Positions 36,719 to 50,800 of a DNA stretch of 64,000 nucleotides are shown in pieces. Source of the stretch: Iphione sp. A-MEVVRFRX5 (taxonomy: Eukaryota); NCBI GenBank assembly GCA_976226885.1, contig OZ320318.1, positions 71,796,001 through 71,860,000 of the forward strand, given 5' to 3'. The position numbers and the translations under genes are program-made. Within the stretch, counting starts at the first letter, position 1, and each line of letters opens with the position of its first letter. The notes beneath the pieces are model-generated. The model was not told where the DNA came from, made no database searches, and worked only from the letters and a program-made list of their open reading frames with translations.

Positions 36719-39700
36719 TTACATGATCAGACTATGCCCTGATTTTAAGTGGTTACGCATCCTCTCAGCACCACAATTTTCTTTAACTGATATTGGGAGC
36801 CTATTCCATAGGGATATACCACTATATATCAAAAGCTTGTCACGAACAGTTAGCTTATTGACTGTTCTTGTCCTATACGTGATCCTTAACTCGATCTAGT
36901 CATACGTTCTGATTTCTTTGTTGGGCATGCGCCTAGGTGGAAAAGTCTATGAATCAACATGATTAGCTCCCAACTGTCTCCCAAAGACTGGAAGTAACTG
37001 GATTTTCCTATCAGCGATGCTGACTTTTGAGTTCTGTATGAACCCATCACAATGAACTTTAGCAGTCTGTTACGTTGGATTTGTAAATCTTGGATGGCTT
37101 TCTTGTTTTTGTCTATTATGAACTTTAGACCATAGTCAAATAGAGGCATCACAAATGCCTTGAGCATTCTGGCTTGGTCTTTAAAGCTAAAGACCCTTAC
37201 AAGCTTAGCAATAGAATGACCTCTTTGTCTAGTTTTCTTTCTTATGCTTTTCACTAATGGCCTCAAAGTTTGATTTTTGTCAATCAGCATACCCCCAGAA
37301 GCCTGAGACTCTTGTTTAACAATACACTTGTAGCAGTTTGGTCTCAGCTGGGAACAAATGTCTTTTGAACACTGAAGAAGCACGGTTCACTAGGCTAAGT
37401 TGTTGGAATAATGGAACCAAAACCTTGGGTCCCGAGCCAGGATAATTCCAGCTCAAGGCGTGGAAAGATCAGGCTCATGGAAATTTGTAGAAATCACTAT
37501 TCGAACTGGAAGAATTCCAACTTAAGCCATGCATTGACTGTCTCGAAGGCGTTAATTGTTGCTAAAATTAGTTGATTGGTTAGGTCATATGGCCACCCTT
37601 AGGGCCAAACTATGCATATAAGGGACCTACTTACAGAATAAACAAGTTAGTCTCTCACTGCACGTAAGACAGACAACACTGAACACAAATTTTGTGTGGA
37701 CATTCTTTATTTCTCAAACCATCATTCATCCAAGATTACAGGACACGTTACACACTCATTACAAATGGATACAACCAACTTGAAGGGCTTAGATTTTCCA
37801 AGCAGCACATATTATTTTTTGTGGGGTTTATGATTATGCCATTAGCGTCACACCAATTGCATGGAATCTTTATACCTCTTTGTATATTGAGTTGCAAGGT
37901 TACCATGTTTGTGGCTGAACAGAATACAGACACATCATCTGCATACATAATGCAGTCAGTTGTGAATAAGTTTTTTGGTAAGTCACTCATCACGAGAGCA
38001 AACGACAGGGGTTTCATCAAGCTTCCTTGAGGGACCCCAAATGCATTAAGTAGTACAGACGATTGCTGATGATTACAACAAACAAGCTGCTTCCTATTAG
38101 ATAGGTAAGATTCCACCCAGCTGATGGCAATCCTCCCCATCCTGGGCTTTCTTATTTTATCGAGAACAATGTTGTGATTAATCACGTCAAAGGCCTTTGT
38201 CATGTCCACATATATTATCCCAAAATGCTTGTTGTTATTAATGGCTTCGTATATTAGTAGACATGACAAAGCTGTTGCCGTACCACGGCCTTGGTGAAAG
38301 TTGTGCTGCTCTCTTGAATCGAGACCAGAAGGTTCCAAGTAATTAGACATTTGCTTGTGAACAAACGTCTCTACAATTTTGCCTATAGCAGGAAGGGTGT
38401 AAATGGGCCTATAGTTATTTAGTTGTCTTTTAGTAATGGTTTCACCTGTGCTATCTTCCAGGCATCCAGGAAGACCGCTGTAGAAGTTAAACTTATTTAG
38501 TTACTCACTGGTACCAGAAAAATAAGGAGTGCATCTCTAAGGATCACTGAGGAGACACCGTCCAGCCCAGGTGGATTTCTAACATTAATCATGAGAATCT
38601 ATTTCCTTAATATCCCAATCTCCCTCTGCGTACAAAGGCTGATCGACTAGAGATGCTGATTTAATTGCTAGTTTTTTGGCTTGGTCTATGAAATGCTGTT
38701 TTAAGACAGTGGGTACTTCCTCTGAAGTGTCAGATACATTGATCGTCCTAAGATCAACAACAGCGGATTCGCCGGACGTTTTGAAAAGATTTCTATGAAT
38801 TACCCCCCAGTAGTCTTTTGAATCCTTGCAATTACTCAGCTCCTGGGCTATACGTAGCTTTTTAACAGTAGATATATAGAATTTAGATATTCTTAGGGGG
38901 TCATTTGTGACCAGTTGTTTTGAATTCTTTATAGAAACAAGGTTTCTGTTTTTGAATGCATCCCTCATTTCTAAATTCATCCAGGGATTATGTTAACCCT
39001 TTCTCCTTCGTCACTTGCACCCAGCCCCCTAGTGACGATCAATGTTTACAACCCTTGATTCTGCCTGACCAGACACATGTGCAGTGATACTTTCTCTCTG
39101 CAATCACACATCTATCTCACTGTTTGTATTTAAAGGTCAAGGTGATTATTGTATTACTACACCGAGCTGGATATATTAGTAAGTATGAAAAAGAAGGTCC
39201 CTCTGGGTGAGATCTTCTTCCCACGGCAGGATCTACTTTCGGGCATCGTTTTATATACGTAGTGTAATTACCTGACAGAAAGTAATTCGGGCTTCATGGA
39301 TAGTGCTTTCCATCTGTTGCCTAATGGAATCTGGCTCAAGATTGTCATCATTGATCAATCGATCAGCAGTTGAGGCTAATTCATCAGTCAAGGTTATCAG
39401 GTTGTAGTTATGGATCGATCTAGATTCAGAATTGTACTTTTACCTGTCTACTCTTCTTATTATGTTGTGAATGTTGGAAGATGGTCGCTCATCAAGAGAT
39501 CTATGGTACCACCATGGATGAAATATGCCTCATATTGGTAAAAATTAATACTATACAAGACCTGCTTGAGTTTTGAAGATAGTGGTATCTTTGATCAGTT
39601 GGGGACAATCTAAAATGCCTAAAACAATTTTCAAACTCGAAGTTTTGTCTATCATTCAATCTCCAATTTACATTGAAGTCTCCTCCGATATGGAATACTT

Positions 39701-39830
39701 CATCTCTTGCAAAATCAGTTAGGCAGGAATTCATATGCATACGAAGCTTATCAAAATTAGTTGGTGGGGGTACTTGAATATTACATAATATAACTATTTT
39801 CCTATGCGGCACCTCCTATTCTTTGTTACT
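36719..39830 (-). pseudogene. 5'-truncated, decayed CR1/L2-group LINE pol, related to but diverged from the intact element
   Basis: APE GGDFNVNW and SDHLPTF; linker HNPWMNLEM; RT YVDMTKAFDVINH, GVPQGSL, MYADD; C-terminal KAFVMPLFDYG and YSGISLWNRLP, stop at 36719-36721. It has many stops and frameshifts and an insertion at about 39010-39230. Confidence 0.9.
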
Positions 39831-40253
39831 ATTGTTACTTCTCTGTCTCTCCTTTTTTTATATATAGATGACTCCTCTTTAATTTTCTCCCCACTAACTA
39901 TTCCGTCAGCTGCTCCCCTGTTGTCTTACTCCCATGGACTAGTTTCACAAGTTGCCTGTATTTGAATTCTATTTCTCACCACAGTCGTAAATGTCACCAA
40001 TCAGTGAATTCATTCATCTTCTGTAAAATGACGATTTCTTTAGCTGTATAGAGATCGCGTAGAACCAATTAGCGGTTATCTCGTGGAATTTTTCTCTTGC
40101 GTGAGAACTCCATTGAAAAAAGACAGCCCATCACCCGCATGTGTACCGTCCAGCTATCGCTTTCCTAATCATGTGGCATATATAGATATATAGACTTATG
40201 GTGTGTTTTATTGCTTTGGATTGCTACATGCTGTAGTATACATATATATAGAT

Positions 40254-40261
<8 letters not shown>

Positions 40262-40306
<45 letters not shown>
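40262..40306. repeat. (GA)n microsatellite
   Basis: Direct reading. Confidence 0.95.
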
Positions 40307-40310
<4 letters not shown>

Positions 40311-43300
40311 TATACAGTCGACACCCTCTAAAGACCAACTCGCACGGGAGACCAACCAGGGAGGAGACCAGAATCCTCCAGCCCAAAGAATGTGTCTTGG
40401 GAGAATTGCTGACAAATCATTGTTGTAGAACAGACAAGGGCAAGCCATAATCCCCGTAGAAACTTGGAAAAACTAGTGACGAACTACTTTTATGAGGAGA
40501 ATGAGGCAACGCGTAGATACAACCACGTGCACCCCATAAATTACCATGCATTCAATCAATTTTTTTATCTCTGTCAAACGGTCCTGCCCAGTCCTCCCAA
40601 CCTTCCTCCCAACTTTGCTCCCGACTCTGCAGTGAATAGCCTTAGAAATGCTTTGTTTTGGACTGCAGAATTTGTGTTTGGGATTGAGTGTCTGGAATAT
40701 GTGAGAGTCAAGAATAGCCAGATTCCTTTAAACAGTTAAAGAAGCTTAAAACTTTCGTTCAACAAAGAACCTGTCTAAAAGCCCCGATGTCGGAAATAGC
40801 TGGTCATTTAGAATCTGGGATTCCAATGTACATTTATATGTCAATACCTAAACATGAGAAGATTTCATGCCATAATATACCTTTGTTAGCTTGGTCCTGA
40901 CCAAAACTGTCCTCATTTCTGGTAATGTTCTCACTGTAAAATTCAAAATCTAGTTTATACTATATTCGTTGTTTACTGAAGTGTTCTTAATTCATGTCCG
41001 CATTGTGGTCTGTCCGTTTTGTGGCATTTTACTGTATATGCAGTACAAACCTCCTGAAAAATGTCATACATTAGGAGTAGTAGTCTCGACATGTACACAT
41101 GGGTCTGTTTCTCAATGAAAGTTAACTTACCAAAATTCTGTTTCTAAGTAAAATTGCTACCTTGTGTTAAATATTTGCTCGCTCAAGTAGGTTAATACGC
41201 TAAAAACCGAGCAAAGACTAGATTAGTTTACTCCTTCTGATGACCAGGATTAACGTTTCTTAAAGGAAAATATAGTTTTAATATAAATACATAATGAACA
41301 TGACACATTAGATCATTTAAAGGTGACGTTAAACTTTTGGAGTATTCCATATGTATGTAAATACTATAAACAGCCATTTTCACTCTTATTTCAGTACGAT
41401 ACAGCGTTTTTATTTCATTTTTTTGCGCGGTCGCACCGGGGTTCTACACCGGAGTACCACGTTCAAAACACAACGTTTTTATTTTATATATAACTCTTAT
41501 CTTTCTAGGACAGAAGTCCCAATACAATATTACTTGGAAATCGTAGATATTTCTGAATAGATGCTTGGGATAAACTAGTCCTTCCTTTATGTAGCTATGT
41601 GGAAGGAAGATGTACTACTCAGTAAATGCATTTACCTATTATAACAGAATATATCAGAATATTTGTGATCGTAAAGCAGATGACCCTAGGCGACCAAGCT
41701 CATGCAAGGGGTCAACAAAAACCGGGGTCCTAACAGAAGTTTCGCCGAAAGTTAATTTGGGAAGGTCAAGGCAAGGACATTGACCCATTATTGAATGTAC
41801 GTCGTAATGAAATGCCCACTTTTGAATGTCACAAATCGATGATTCCATTATGAGTAATAACCAATTAGCTTAGCAGATGATAGTCAGGTGATGTGAAGTA
41901 TCGCTTCTCTGAAGTTCTAGGCAACTTCAAAGAGAGAGATGTCGAAACAATGTAATCTTTGTCTAGATTGAAGTGTTTTAATCGAAAGATAATGAAGTGT
42001 TAGGATATTTTGTATTTATGTCTATGTTACAAATGAACTGTGTGGAAGGTTTTCGTTTTATATTATGTTATACATCGCTTACATCCCCGAAGAAAAAAAT
42101 GGCGAATCTGTAGAGAAGCGCTTTGCAATGGTGCATTTCCCTAGATAAAATACGATTCATACAAGCATTTTAATGTCCACTTTGCTCTGCCGTGCCAATT
42201 TGCAACGTTAAGTTGGAGGCAGGTCCAGTGTTTAGCAGCGAAACATCTTTAAAGCTTCAAGAACTCGAAAATGTGAACGCTTTAGATTACGAAAAGCACA
42301 TTTTTAAAACAGCCCAAGGTGCTGCACAAAACATGGAGCCGATCTGCAGCTTCAAGCCTGAGCGACATGCAGCACTACTTCCTGTTGAGTCACTCTACCA
42401 GCAGACCCACTTACCGAGCAGCTCGCCTGAAGGGTGGAGGACCTCCCCAAGAGCGATTGGTAACTTGATTACATTAATTATCACCTCGGCATAACACCCC
42501 TCTTTATCATGACTAATATCCCTGCTGCCATCAGCAGGCCTAGCCTCGCGGCCGCCCAAGATGGTACCCAGATGCTCTCTGTTCGAAAAACAACTGTCTC
42601 TGAGCACTTTGTAAACCAAGAATGGGTCCGTGTTTGTCGGGTAGATGAGCCATATAAAGGTTGGCGCGTGAAAACCTTCTTGAACATAATTTGTTTCACA
42701 TGAGCGAAAATACCCGAAGTACAAGCTAGCAGGTATTAACACTTAAGCTCGTCTGATAAACAAACGCCCACTGCCTAGCTTTATCCACTTCGACATGTCC
42801 TCTATGTTACATGTGAAATCTTGGGGTTATTCGGATCTCGTCTTCTTTCAGTGGTCTCTCGTTAGGACAGAATTATTTAATCTAAATTCTTTGACATGTA
42901 AGGTGTAGTGCTGTAGTGATGTTGCTCTTGGATAATGCTGTCCTTCTTCATCAGTAGAGGCGCTCCTCCCTCGAAAGGGATAATTATCCTGTCGTCCATA
43001 CGACAAGTCTTCTTCCGTTCTGAGGAGAATGTACACCCTTTGCCGCAATTGTGCTAATCCTGCCTTTTGTTAGCGTTTTTTCTATTCTGTTCCTGAGCCA
43101 AAGTGTCAGGCTGACCCAAAACAGTGTTTGTTGCTTGAATATAAGAATGCTTTGAGAACGGACACTTAGGTTGCTGATTTAAATGGGTAATTGTTTACAA
43201 TATTAGGTTGGCACTACCTTTTATGAACCGCACGAGGTGAGTAGATAATTTGCCTGGTTGTTACTGTAAAGAGCAACATGTAAGCTGGCAAAGATCTGCT

Positions 43301-46300
43301 GACACTACACTTTATTGACAGAATGATAAGACAGACGCCCTGACCAAGATGCACTGTAATAGCCGATTCACTATTAATTGTTTACCAGTAAAATTATGAA
43401 ACCATCATGTCGCATGTAAATAAGAACTGATAGTGTAAATAATGTATTTGTATACAAAAAAAATGTCGTTTCATTAAGACCTTTTTGATGCCTCGTTCGA
43501 TAACAGCTCCTTTCTCGAAGAGCACATCCTAAATTTTCACATAGTAATTGCTGATATGATTATGTTAAACCTTCTGTAGCACACTTCAAATTCCCTGGGA
43601 TATTTAGGTGTGTAATGCAGGGAACTAGTAGAAACCTTACTGGTCAGTGTACTAAATCGTTAGGAACAGTTGGCTCCTTTAACAGCACATGTTCATGATA
43701 TGTAATCAGAATTTTTCTCTCCTATCATGCGATCTGTTGTTGACCGTGCATGGCCATATATCTTCGTGTTTCAGTAGCATTTGTTGCAAGCGTTTAAACT
43801 AGAAATAAAGGAATGTGCGTGTATAGAACTTTTCTTTTCTCGTCTCGTTTTTACCATGGGAAGTCAGTTTTTTGCTGAGTCAGTAAGTCAGTATTTTGCC
43901 GACTAACAAAAGGACAAGGGAATTATGTGCAAATATATTTTTAAAGACTGAAAGAGGCGGCTGATATACAACTGTTATGCGATGATGATACGAGTTTTAT
44001 GTAGTTTTCTGACTATGTAGCACCGTGACGCAATCGCTTCGGTTGACGTTCCCTAATAACATCACAAATGGTATTTAAAAAAACATGCGTTGCAGTGCGG
44101 AGGCTGACAGTCCAGCGATGCGTCAGTTTCCTTTGTTCAACACGGGTATTTATGTACGATCAGCAACCCGACCTGAAAAAGCCCGTGAAATATGCTCCGA
44201 AATGACTTGTACAGTCGGTGTTCCACTAGCGAATGAAGTTATATACTTCGTATACTTGGTTCCAATAAACAATTTGGTGCGGTTTTCTTCTTATAGGATA
44301 AAGGATATCATAGCGACTACTCAAATTTCTATCGGGATGGCTGCTAGTGATATCAGCCAGGAGTTTTAAAAAAAACGTTATATCTGATCGTATTTCTTGA
44401 TATCCCTGTCAGGCTTTCCTTCCGTTTGAAGTCCCCGTAATGATAGCGAATATAGCTAGGGGGCACTCAAGGCGACATCCCTGCCTCATATGCGAATATC
44501 CTTTTATGTACTGCTCCCTGCCGTACCGTCTACTTACTGTGGAGTGCAACACTTCCTCTTTCCTGCCTTCATGGCTTATGCATGTATATATATACTAAAG
44601 CAGAGTGAACAGCAGTCCTAGCTTTGGAAATTCAGGTTGGAGCGGAGGTGGGGCGAGGGGGGGGGGGGGTGCGGCACTGTTGTATCAACTCAGGATGCAA
44701 GGTTTGCACAGCTCTCCCGAAGCTGTATCAGTATCGCAATTAGAAACGCTACTGAAACGTGGTCATATCTTTATTTCATGCTCATCGTAAGCTGTAATTT
44801 TTAAAATTAACTTAATCTTTTATCTGTATTTGTAATGACTAAGAAATGCACACAGCTATACCCTTTATTATTTTTACCCAAATCATTCAGGTGATGTTTC
44901 CACTAGAGGAACATCCTGTTTGATCCCACTTTGTTACTCAGTACCGCAGCTTTCTTTCTACTTTCTCTCATGTGTTGAGAATTTTTCCCCGTTCTCCCGC
45001 CTCATTTTAAAGATACAATTCAGGGACATGAAATCCAAGCGGAGAGAGTGTGCAATACACACCACAGTTTTATGCGCCTTTTTCCACATTAGGGTACAAA
45101 TATCATGCCAGTGCGTACAGACGAGGCGGCAAAGAAGAGAAGTAATCGTCGAGGTTGAGGAGTAAGGTCGATGCAGTAGACAGAGAATAGCTGTGATTTG
45201 TGTTCACGCTACAGCAGCTAGCAAACCATTAGTCTCCAGGGGTATTAATAATGGCTGAGGTATGACGGGGTGATCGCAGCGCCATTAACGGCAATTGATA
45301 GAGTCAGCCTTCCCCCCCAACCAGGACCCTAATCAGCTCCGGATGAAGCGGGGGGGGGGGACGGAATGGAGAAACGGGAGGACGAGGCTGGAGATTTGGC
45401 ACGCTATACCGGATGAGATCTGGGTAGAAAGAGGGAGGGGGGGGGGAGATGTAAATACAGTAATCGGCTGCGGTTTCCAGTAGTGAAGGGGGCGGGGACG
45501 GGGGGCAGATGAGAGTCGAAGATTGGAATAGATTGATGGAAGGGGAAGGTGTCGGTAATCACGTTTCGGTTTGGGGGGTCGGCCAGGTAAGACAGGATAA
45601 ACAGCCGTGAGTGGAGGAGGGTAATTGAGTTGGAGGACCGGCTGGAATGGAGGCAACTCCAACACGATAAGGACGACGCGGCCAAGCCCAGTGGGACGTA
45701 GAATTGGTAGGTGCCATGTAAAGATAGGATAATGAGAAGGATGAAGTGGTCCAGATCAGCCATTGCTGATTTAATGGTAACTTGACATAGTTGGTATGGG
45801 GGTGACAATAGATAAGGGCAGGTCACAACTTAAGGGAGCGATACGGTCAATTACATGTAAGGTGTTGAACAGGGCGATAAATAATGAGCAGCCCACGTCC
45901 AACATCTAATAGGTTCCGTTCACCATAATTTCGTTTATAATGGTCTTGGGCGGACCAGAGATCCTAAATGCACCCATCACGCAAGGCATTTAAATGGAGA
46001 ACAGAAACTTGAGGATGCTCATAATGAAAGGGAAAGAAGACAATGGGGAATGCAGGGCCGTAACGAGGTACTGGGGGAACAGGAAAATGAGTTACCAAAG
46101 TGAGAATAAGAGAATAACGGAGCGAATGATTGTAATTACGTGGATTAGTGAGAGACGAAAAAGAATTACGTACAGAGAGATGCGTCAGAAGGGAGAAGAA
46201 TAGAGAGGCAAAGTGGAAAGAATATATACTTGCATCGACAGATGAGAAAGAAATATGAAAAGGGGTGTCGGCAGGAGAAAGAGCGTTGGATTGTGGGGTC

Positions 46301-46357
46301 GGAGAAGCTAGGGTAAGGAGGAGGAGAGAAGAAGCGAGAACATTATGGAGCGAGTGA

Positions 46358-46360
<3 letters not shown>

Positions 46361-46430
<70 letters not shown>
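46361..46430. repeat. (GA)n microsatellite
   Basis: Direct reading. Confidence 0.95.
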
Positions 46431-46431
<1 letters not shown>

Positions 46432-47689
46432 CTATTGGTCATCCCTACAGAATGAACCCATTTGTAACACCCCCACTCCTAATGGTGTTACCACGAAAGT
46501 AGAACTGACAGTATTATAGAGCGGTAGTGCTGTCCACGACAGGAGGCACAGCGCTAATGGGGGAATCAATTATGACAATATGACCACAATAGTCTGTGTG
46601 GTGCTAGCTACGGTGCAGAGTCAGTGGCAACATGTAGTAGCTGAACCCTGGCGAAAAGCCCGAGCTCCAGGAGAGAAGTTTGCTACTTAAATAGCTCCAT
46701 GATGTGATTTTCAAAGTACCCGAAATAAGGACCTCACGAAGGACAACAGCATGTCAATATAAGGAGAGAACCATTAAAAAAAAAGGTTGGATCCATGATC
46801 ATTGCAGGAAAAACAGTATATGTGAAGCAGAATAAATGAAGGTGAAGGGGGGATGAGGAATACTGAAATATTAAAAAATATCCAGGAGGAATGGACAATA
46901 ATTGGTGAAATTAAAGAAATTAAAAAGATGTGTATGAGCGTACCGCCTTTTTAGTTTCCAACCTTACACACAGCAAAATGGATCAGTCCCCCAAGTTTGA
47001 TTCGACATTGACATTGACATGATGAAATTATTACAGAAGACTCCAACTTGTGCTAAACTTGATATCTATTTGTACACCTCGCATAATGAAACACCCCGGA
47101 AATGACTTCCTTGGGCCGATGTATTTATGAAGGCGTTCAAGCTATAATGAGTTAAACATACCTATAACGTAATAGTTTCTGGCCTTCAAATACACATATA
47201 TAGGTCACGGAATAATGGGATCTTCATTTATAGTCGAATATTCTTGGAGTAAATTTCTAGACAGTTGAATTCCAAATTGAGTTAACTCTGATCTCAAGTA
47301 CAAATGCAGATCTCAACTACGGAAACTTATGTCTGGAGCCATTTGTGTAGATGGACGGCCCACAAATTGGTGATGGCTTCCCAATAGACACACATGTAAT
47401 TAAACATTGTGACTATACGACAATAATGTGACTTACCTCTGAGGAAACCGCCTTTTCCGTTTGTAATTGAGCCGCAATATGAGTGCTCGTGTTTAAAAGC
47501 GCTTGCCATAGTTAAATATCACCCCGAACGGCTTTATAGGCTGGATGTAAGTCTGTTTGCCCGCTACATGCATTAAGCGAACCCTCGCTCTATATCACAT
47601 CCTTAATAGCACTATGATTTCTGGGAGGCAGTCAAGTCTGGTGATCTTCGCTCTTTTCATGCGCACTTCTCATTTACATTTTATTTAAG

Positions 47690-47810
47690 TAGCGCCTCGC
47701 AGCAATATGCGGCGAGCGTCTGGGCGGTGGGCGTGCCGGGTCGCCGCTACCATGACCGGAAGTCATAAAGTAGACGCCAGTCAGTTCTTCCGGTACACTT
47801 CCGGCGTGTC
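47690..47810. promoter_or_regulatory. Possible promoter: CpG-rich patch with clustered ETS-like CCGGAA(G) motifs
   Basis: ACCGGAAGT (about 47756), TTCCGGT (about 47788), ACTTCCGG (about 47798) in a GC/CpG-rich patch about 5 kb upstream of RASL10; motif evidence only. Confidence 0.3.
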
Positions 47811-50800
47811 AATGCAAAGAGCAGTTTGTCATTGAGCGACAGGCATATTACAGGGTGGCACTAGCTGTGAGGGGCACTCTCCGTGAAGGCACTTGCTCAA
47901 TTTATTCCATTTTGGGTTTTTTTCCCATCTGTCTCTTTCATTCCTCTTTCCAGCTTTAGCTTTCTTTAACCTCGTATGGTTTTTGTCCCTGTCCTTCTAT
48001 CCATCGTCTCTCTTACCTATCAGTTTTCCTCCTTCCTCCTTTCACCATATAATTGTAACTTGTTCTCTTACATCATAACATTTGTTCTAAGTGCTGCTAC
48101 CAAATCGTCTTTCTCTGATTCCCTCGATTTAGTTTAGATTCATAAACATATGAGAGTATGCGAAAGTGACAGTTTTTCCAAGAACATGAATGAGTTGCCT
48201 TAATATACAGGCATAGATGGGAGCCATTCTTTAGATAAAAAAAGGTATAAATATCAATCGCAAATATCAAGAATTACCCCTCTGTCGCACCTTTGCTAAG
48301 TAATCTTCTGTCACACTTGCTCTTTCGAAGCGTCCATTCTATCTCGAAGAGGGAGCCCCAGCTTATAGTGAGAGACATCACTATTTTCATGCTAGGTGGT
48401 CCCTATATCAAATTGTGCGACGCCCCCCCCCCCGCAACCCCGCCCCGAGTAGTTCTTATGGCAGTGTGAAGCGGGTGAATCGATGGAATAGTGGGAGCGT
48501 AAAACTGATAACCTCCCAACCAACTTCGTGGAGAGGAGGAAGAGGAGGAAAGGGGAGGAAAACGGATTGGCACCCGACACGTCCCCCTCGCCCGAGTAAG
48601 ACCTTGGGAACGACCCGTTCACGTGTCATCGCACAGACTGATGTTTTAGTGCCACGTAAGAGACCGGCTGAGCTATTCATTCATGGGACAACCGAGGCAA
48701 ACACCCAGATACGGTATCGTTGGCTGCGCTGACCGCAACCCGAGATATTGGCAAACAGATGAGAGACGGGTGGGGGATCTGTGGCCCCGGCAGTGCCGGT
48801 AAGTGGCTTCTGGCGGATCGGCGTGGCCAGAGTTGGCTGGGGATATCCTCAGCTGCCGCAATGTCAGTGATGAATGAGGCTCGATAGGAAGAACGTTTAT
48901 CGCGCTGCGCAATTTGTTGATTGGTTTGAGATGGCAAACTATCTCCGCCGTCTGGGACGTTATTGTATATCTTTTCACCTGTGACTGCAGCTTCAGAGGA
49001 TGTTACTTTCACTGTTACAATCGACCGATCACTATACCATTATCACTGCAAAATCGTTTATACATGTACCTATAAAAAGGGTTTTGCCTCACGCGAATAC
49101 ACCAATATCAGATACACCAAAAACACACTTGTCAATGTTTTCAAAGTTAGGTCCAGGGCCATGGCCCGGAAGCTGTGGTTAATCGGATAAAGGTCCTATG
49201 TGTTAAATGATTTTTTTTATCCTGGTAAAATGTTGCCTCATTTTTCCTTTAAGTTATAGTTACATACCGAGTACGGCGTTACGTGATATATTTATGATAC
49301 ATGTATGCTTGATAAGGGTACAGTATGTAAAGCCAGTATACCGTTTTCTTTTTCCTCTAGCACAACTAATAATGTGGTCTCTTGGGTCATAAGAGATATC
49401 AGGTCTCCGTATACCTGCTACTAGGGTTTTGTTTCAAATCTTTGCAGATGTATGGTTGTACACGAAGTAGGCAAAATAACACATTATGTAACTGGTATTT
49501 TCTTGGCAGATTTCAACGGAGATACTATGAAACAGCCAGTGTAATATACATATATGATTGTAATGTACATGTGTGCACACATGTACATTGCAGTCACGTT
49601 AAAACCACTGCGATAATCATTGTATCACCGTTACACGTATCTAGTAGCAGGTTGTATATGTGAAACCCTTTATTACTTGTTGTATAATTCCCTCTTTATG
49701 GCCGCCCCAGTAATGTCTTGCATTGTTTCCTTTGCAGATCTGGAGCGACCTTTAGGAGCGGAAGCAGTAAGGAGCACCAAAGAAAAGCAGCGCTGGCATC
49801 AAAGAAACAACATAAATCAGGGCTTTTGTTAGAAGGCTGGACCACCGGGAGGTCTCCTCCATCAGTATGGGTGATGTCGGGCCCCAAAGACGTTTCTAGC
49901 TGTGAGGGCTGGGGACATTGGTCCCTCATTAAGATGTGGCCAGCTGTTTGCATGCATGAGACTGGCGGCTGAGCAGCAGCAACAGCAGCAGCGCATCAGA
50001 TGAGAGCTACAGAGAGCTTTTGACAAAGACAAACTCGGAGAATTCTTATTCAATACCTCTTTGCTGGATTTGTCAGATGATTATTCACCTTCACGTTTGA
50101 CTACTTCCATTGGGTACATCGCTTGTTTGTACAGACGTGACAATTTGGTTCTTTTCTGGGAGATATACGTTTCACTCGAATAGCACTTCCATAGGTTAGG
50201 CCTGAAGTTAGGTACACGTGTTTTTATAGGGGAGACAGTCTGCTGATCACTGGTGCGTGCCGCGTAAGCCAGTCAACCTTGACGTGCCAGCAAGAGTGCC
50301 CCTCCAGCATTCGCCTCCCCCTTGACCACCTCCCCGCGCTGAGATCAAGCCGACGGGTTGGGAACCCACCCGCATCCCAAACTATTACTAGTGGTAGTGA
50401 CACTCGATAGGGGTCGCCAGGGTGGCGGCCTTGAGGGATGGGCCAATACGGCCCCGAGTCGCATTAAAGTGACCAATCACGAACGAGCCGGGCCAAGACA
50501 GCCATTTCTCTGTCACAAGCTAATGGGCAAGCATATAAATGTCGCCACGGCAGGCTCTTGAGAGTAAGCATTTTGAGGGACAAATGTCATGGTTGTTTTC
50601 ACGGGCAACCTATCCCAGCCTGGACTCATCTGCCTTGGAACGTAGTCTCTCCCCACTTTCAGGAATTGGCCGTAGATATTGCCCTCCACGATGACACTAA
50701 ATTTAAAATCATCCCTTGTAGTTTTACATACAAGTAACATACACTATCACACACATTGCCATATTTGGAACATCTTCTCGCTCCAGCCCCCGGTCCTCCT

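Noticed and set aside
40380-40620. Minus frame DWAGPF...YGLP resembling a Gypsy integrase core
   Set aside because: Only two short motif matches, with stops, no catalytic DNG or E motif and no neighbouring LTR-element sequence; likely chance.
42192-43050. Cluster of 64-115 aa ORFs; Tc1-like or GPCR-like snippets considered
   Set aside because: No complete motif set in any frame.
45300-45900. Possible DIRS/Ngaro tyrosine recombinase remnant on the minus strand
   Set aside because: The HSxR and catalytic Tyr motifs were not found; the purine-rich composition explains the ORFs.
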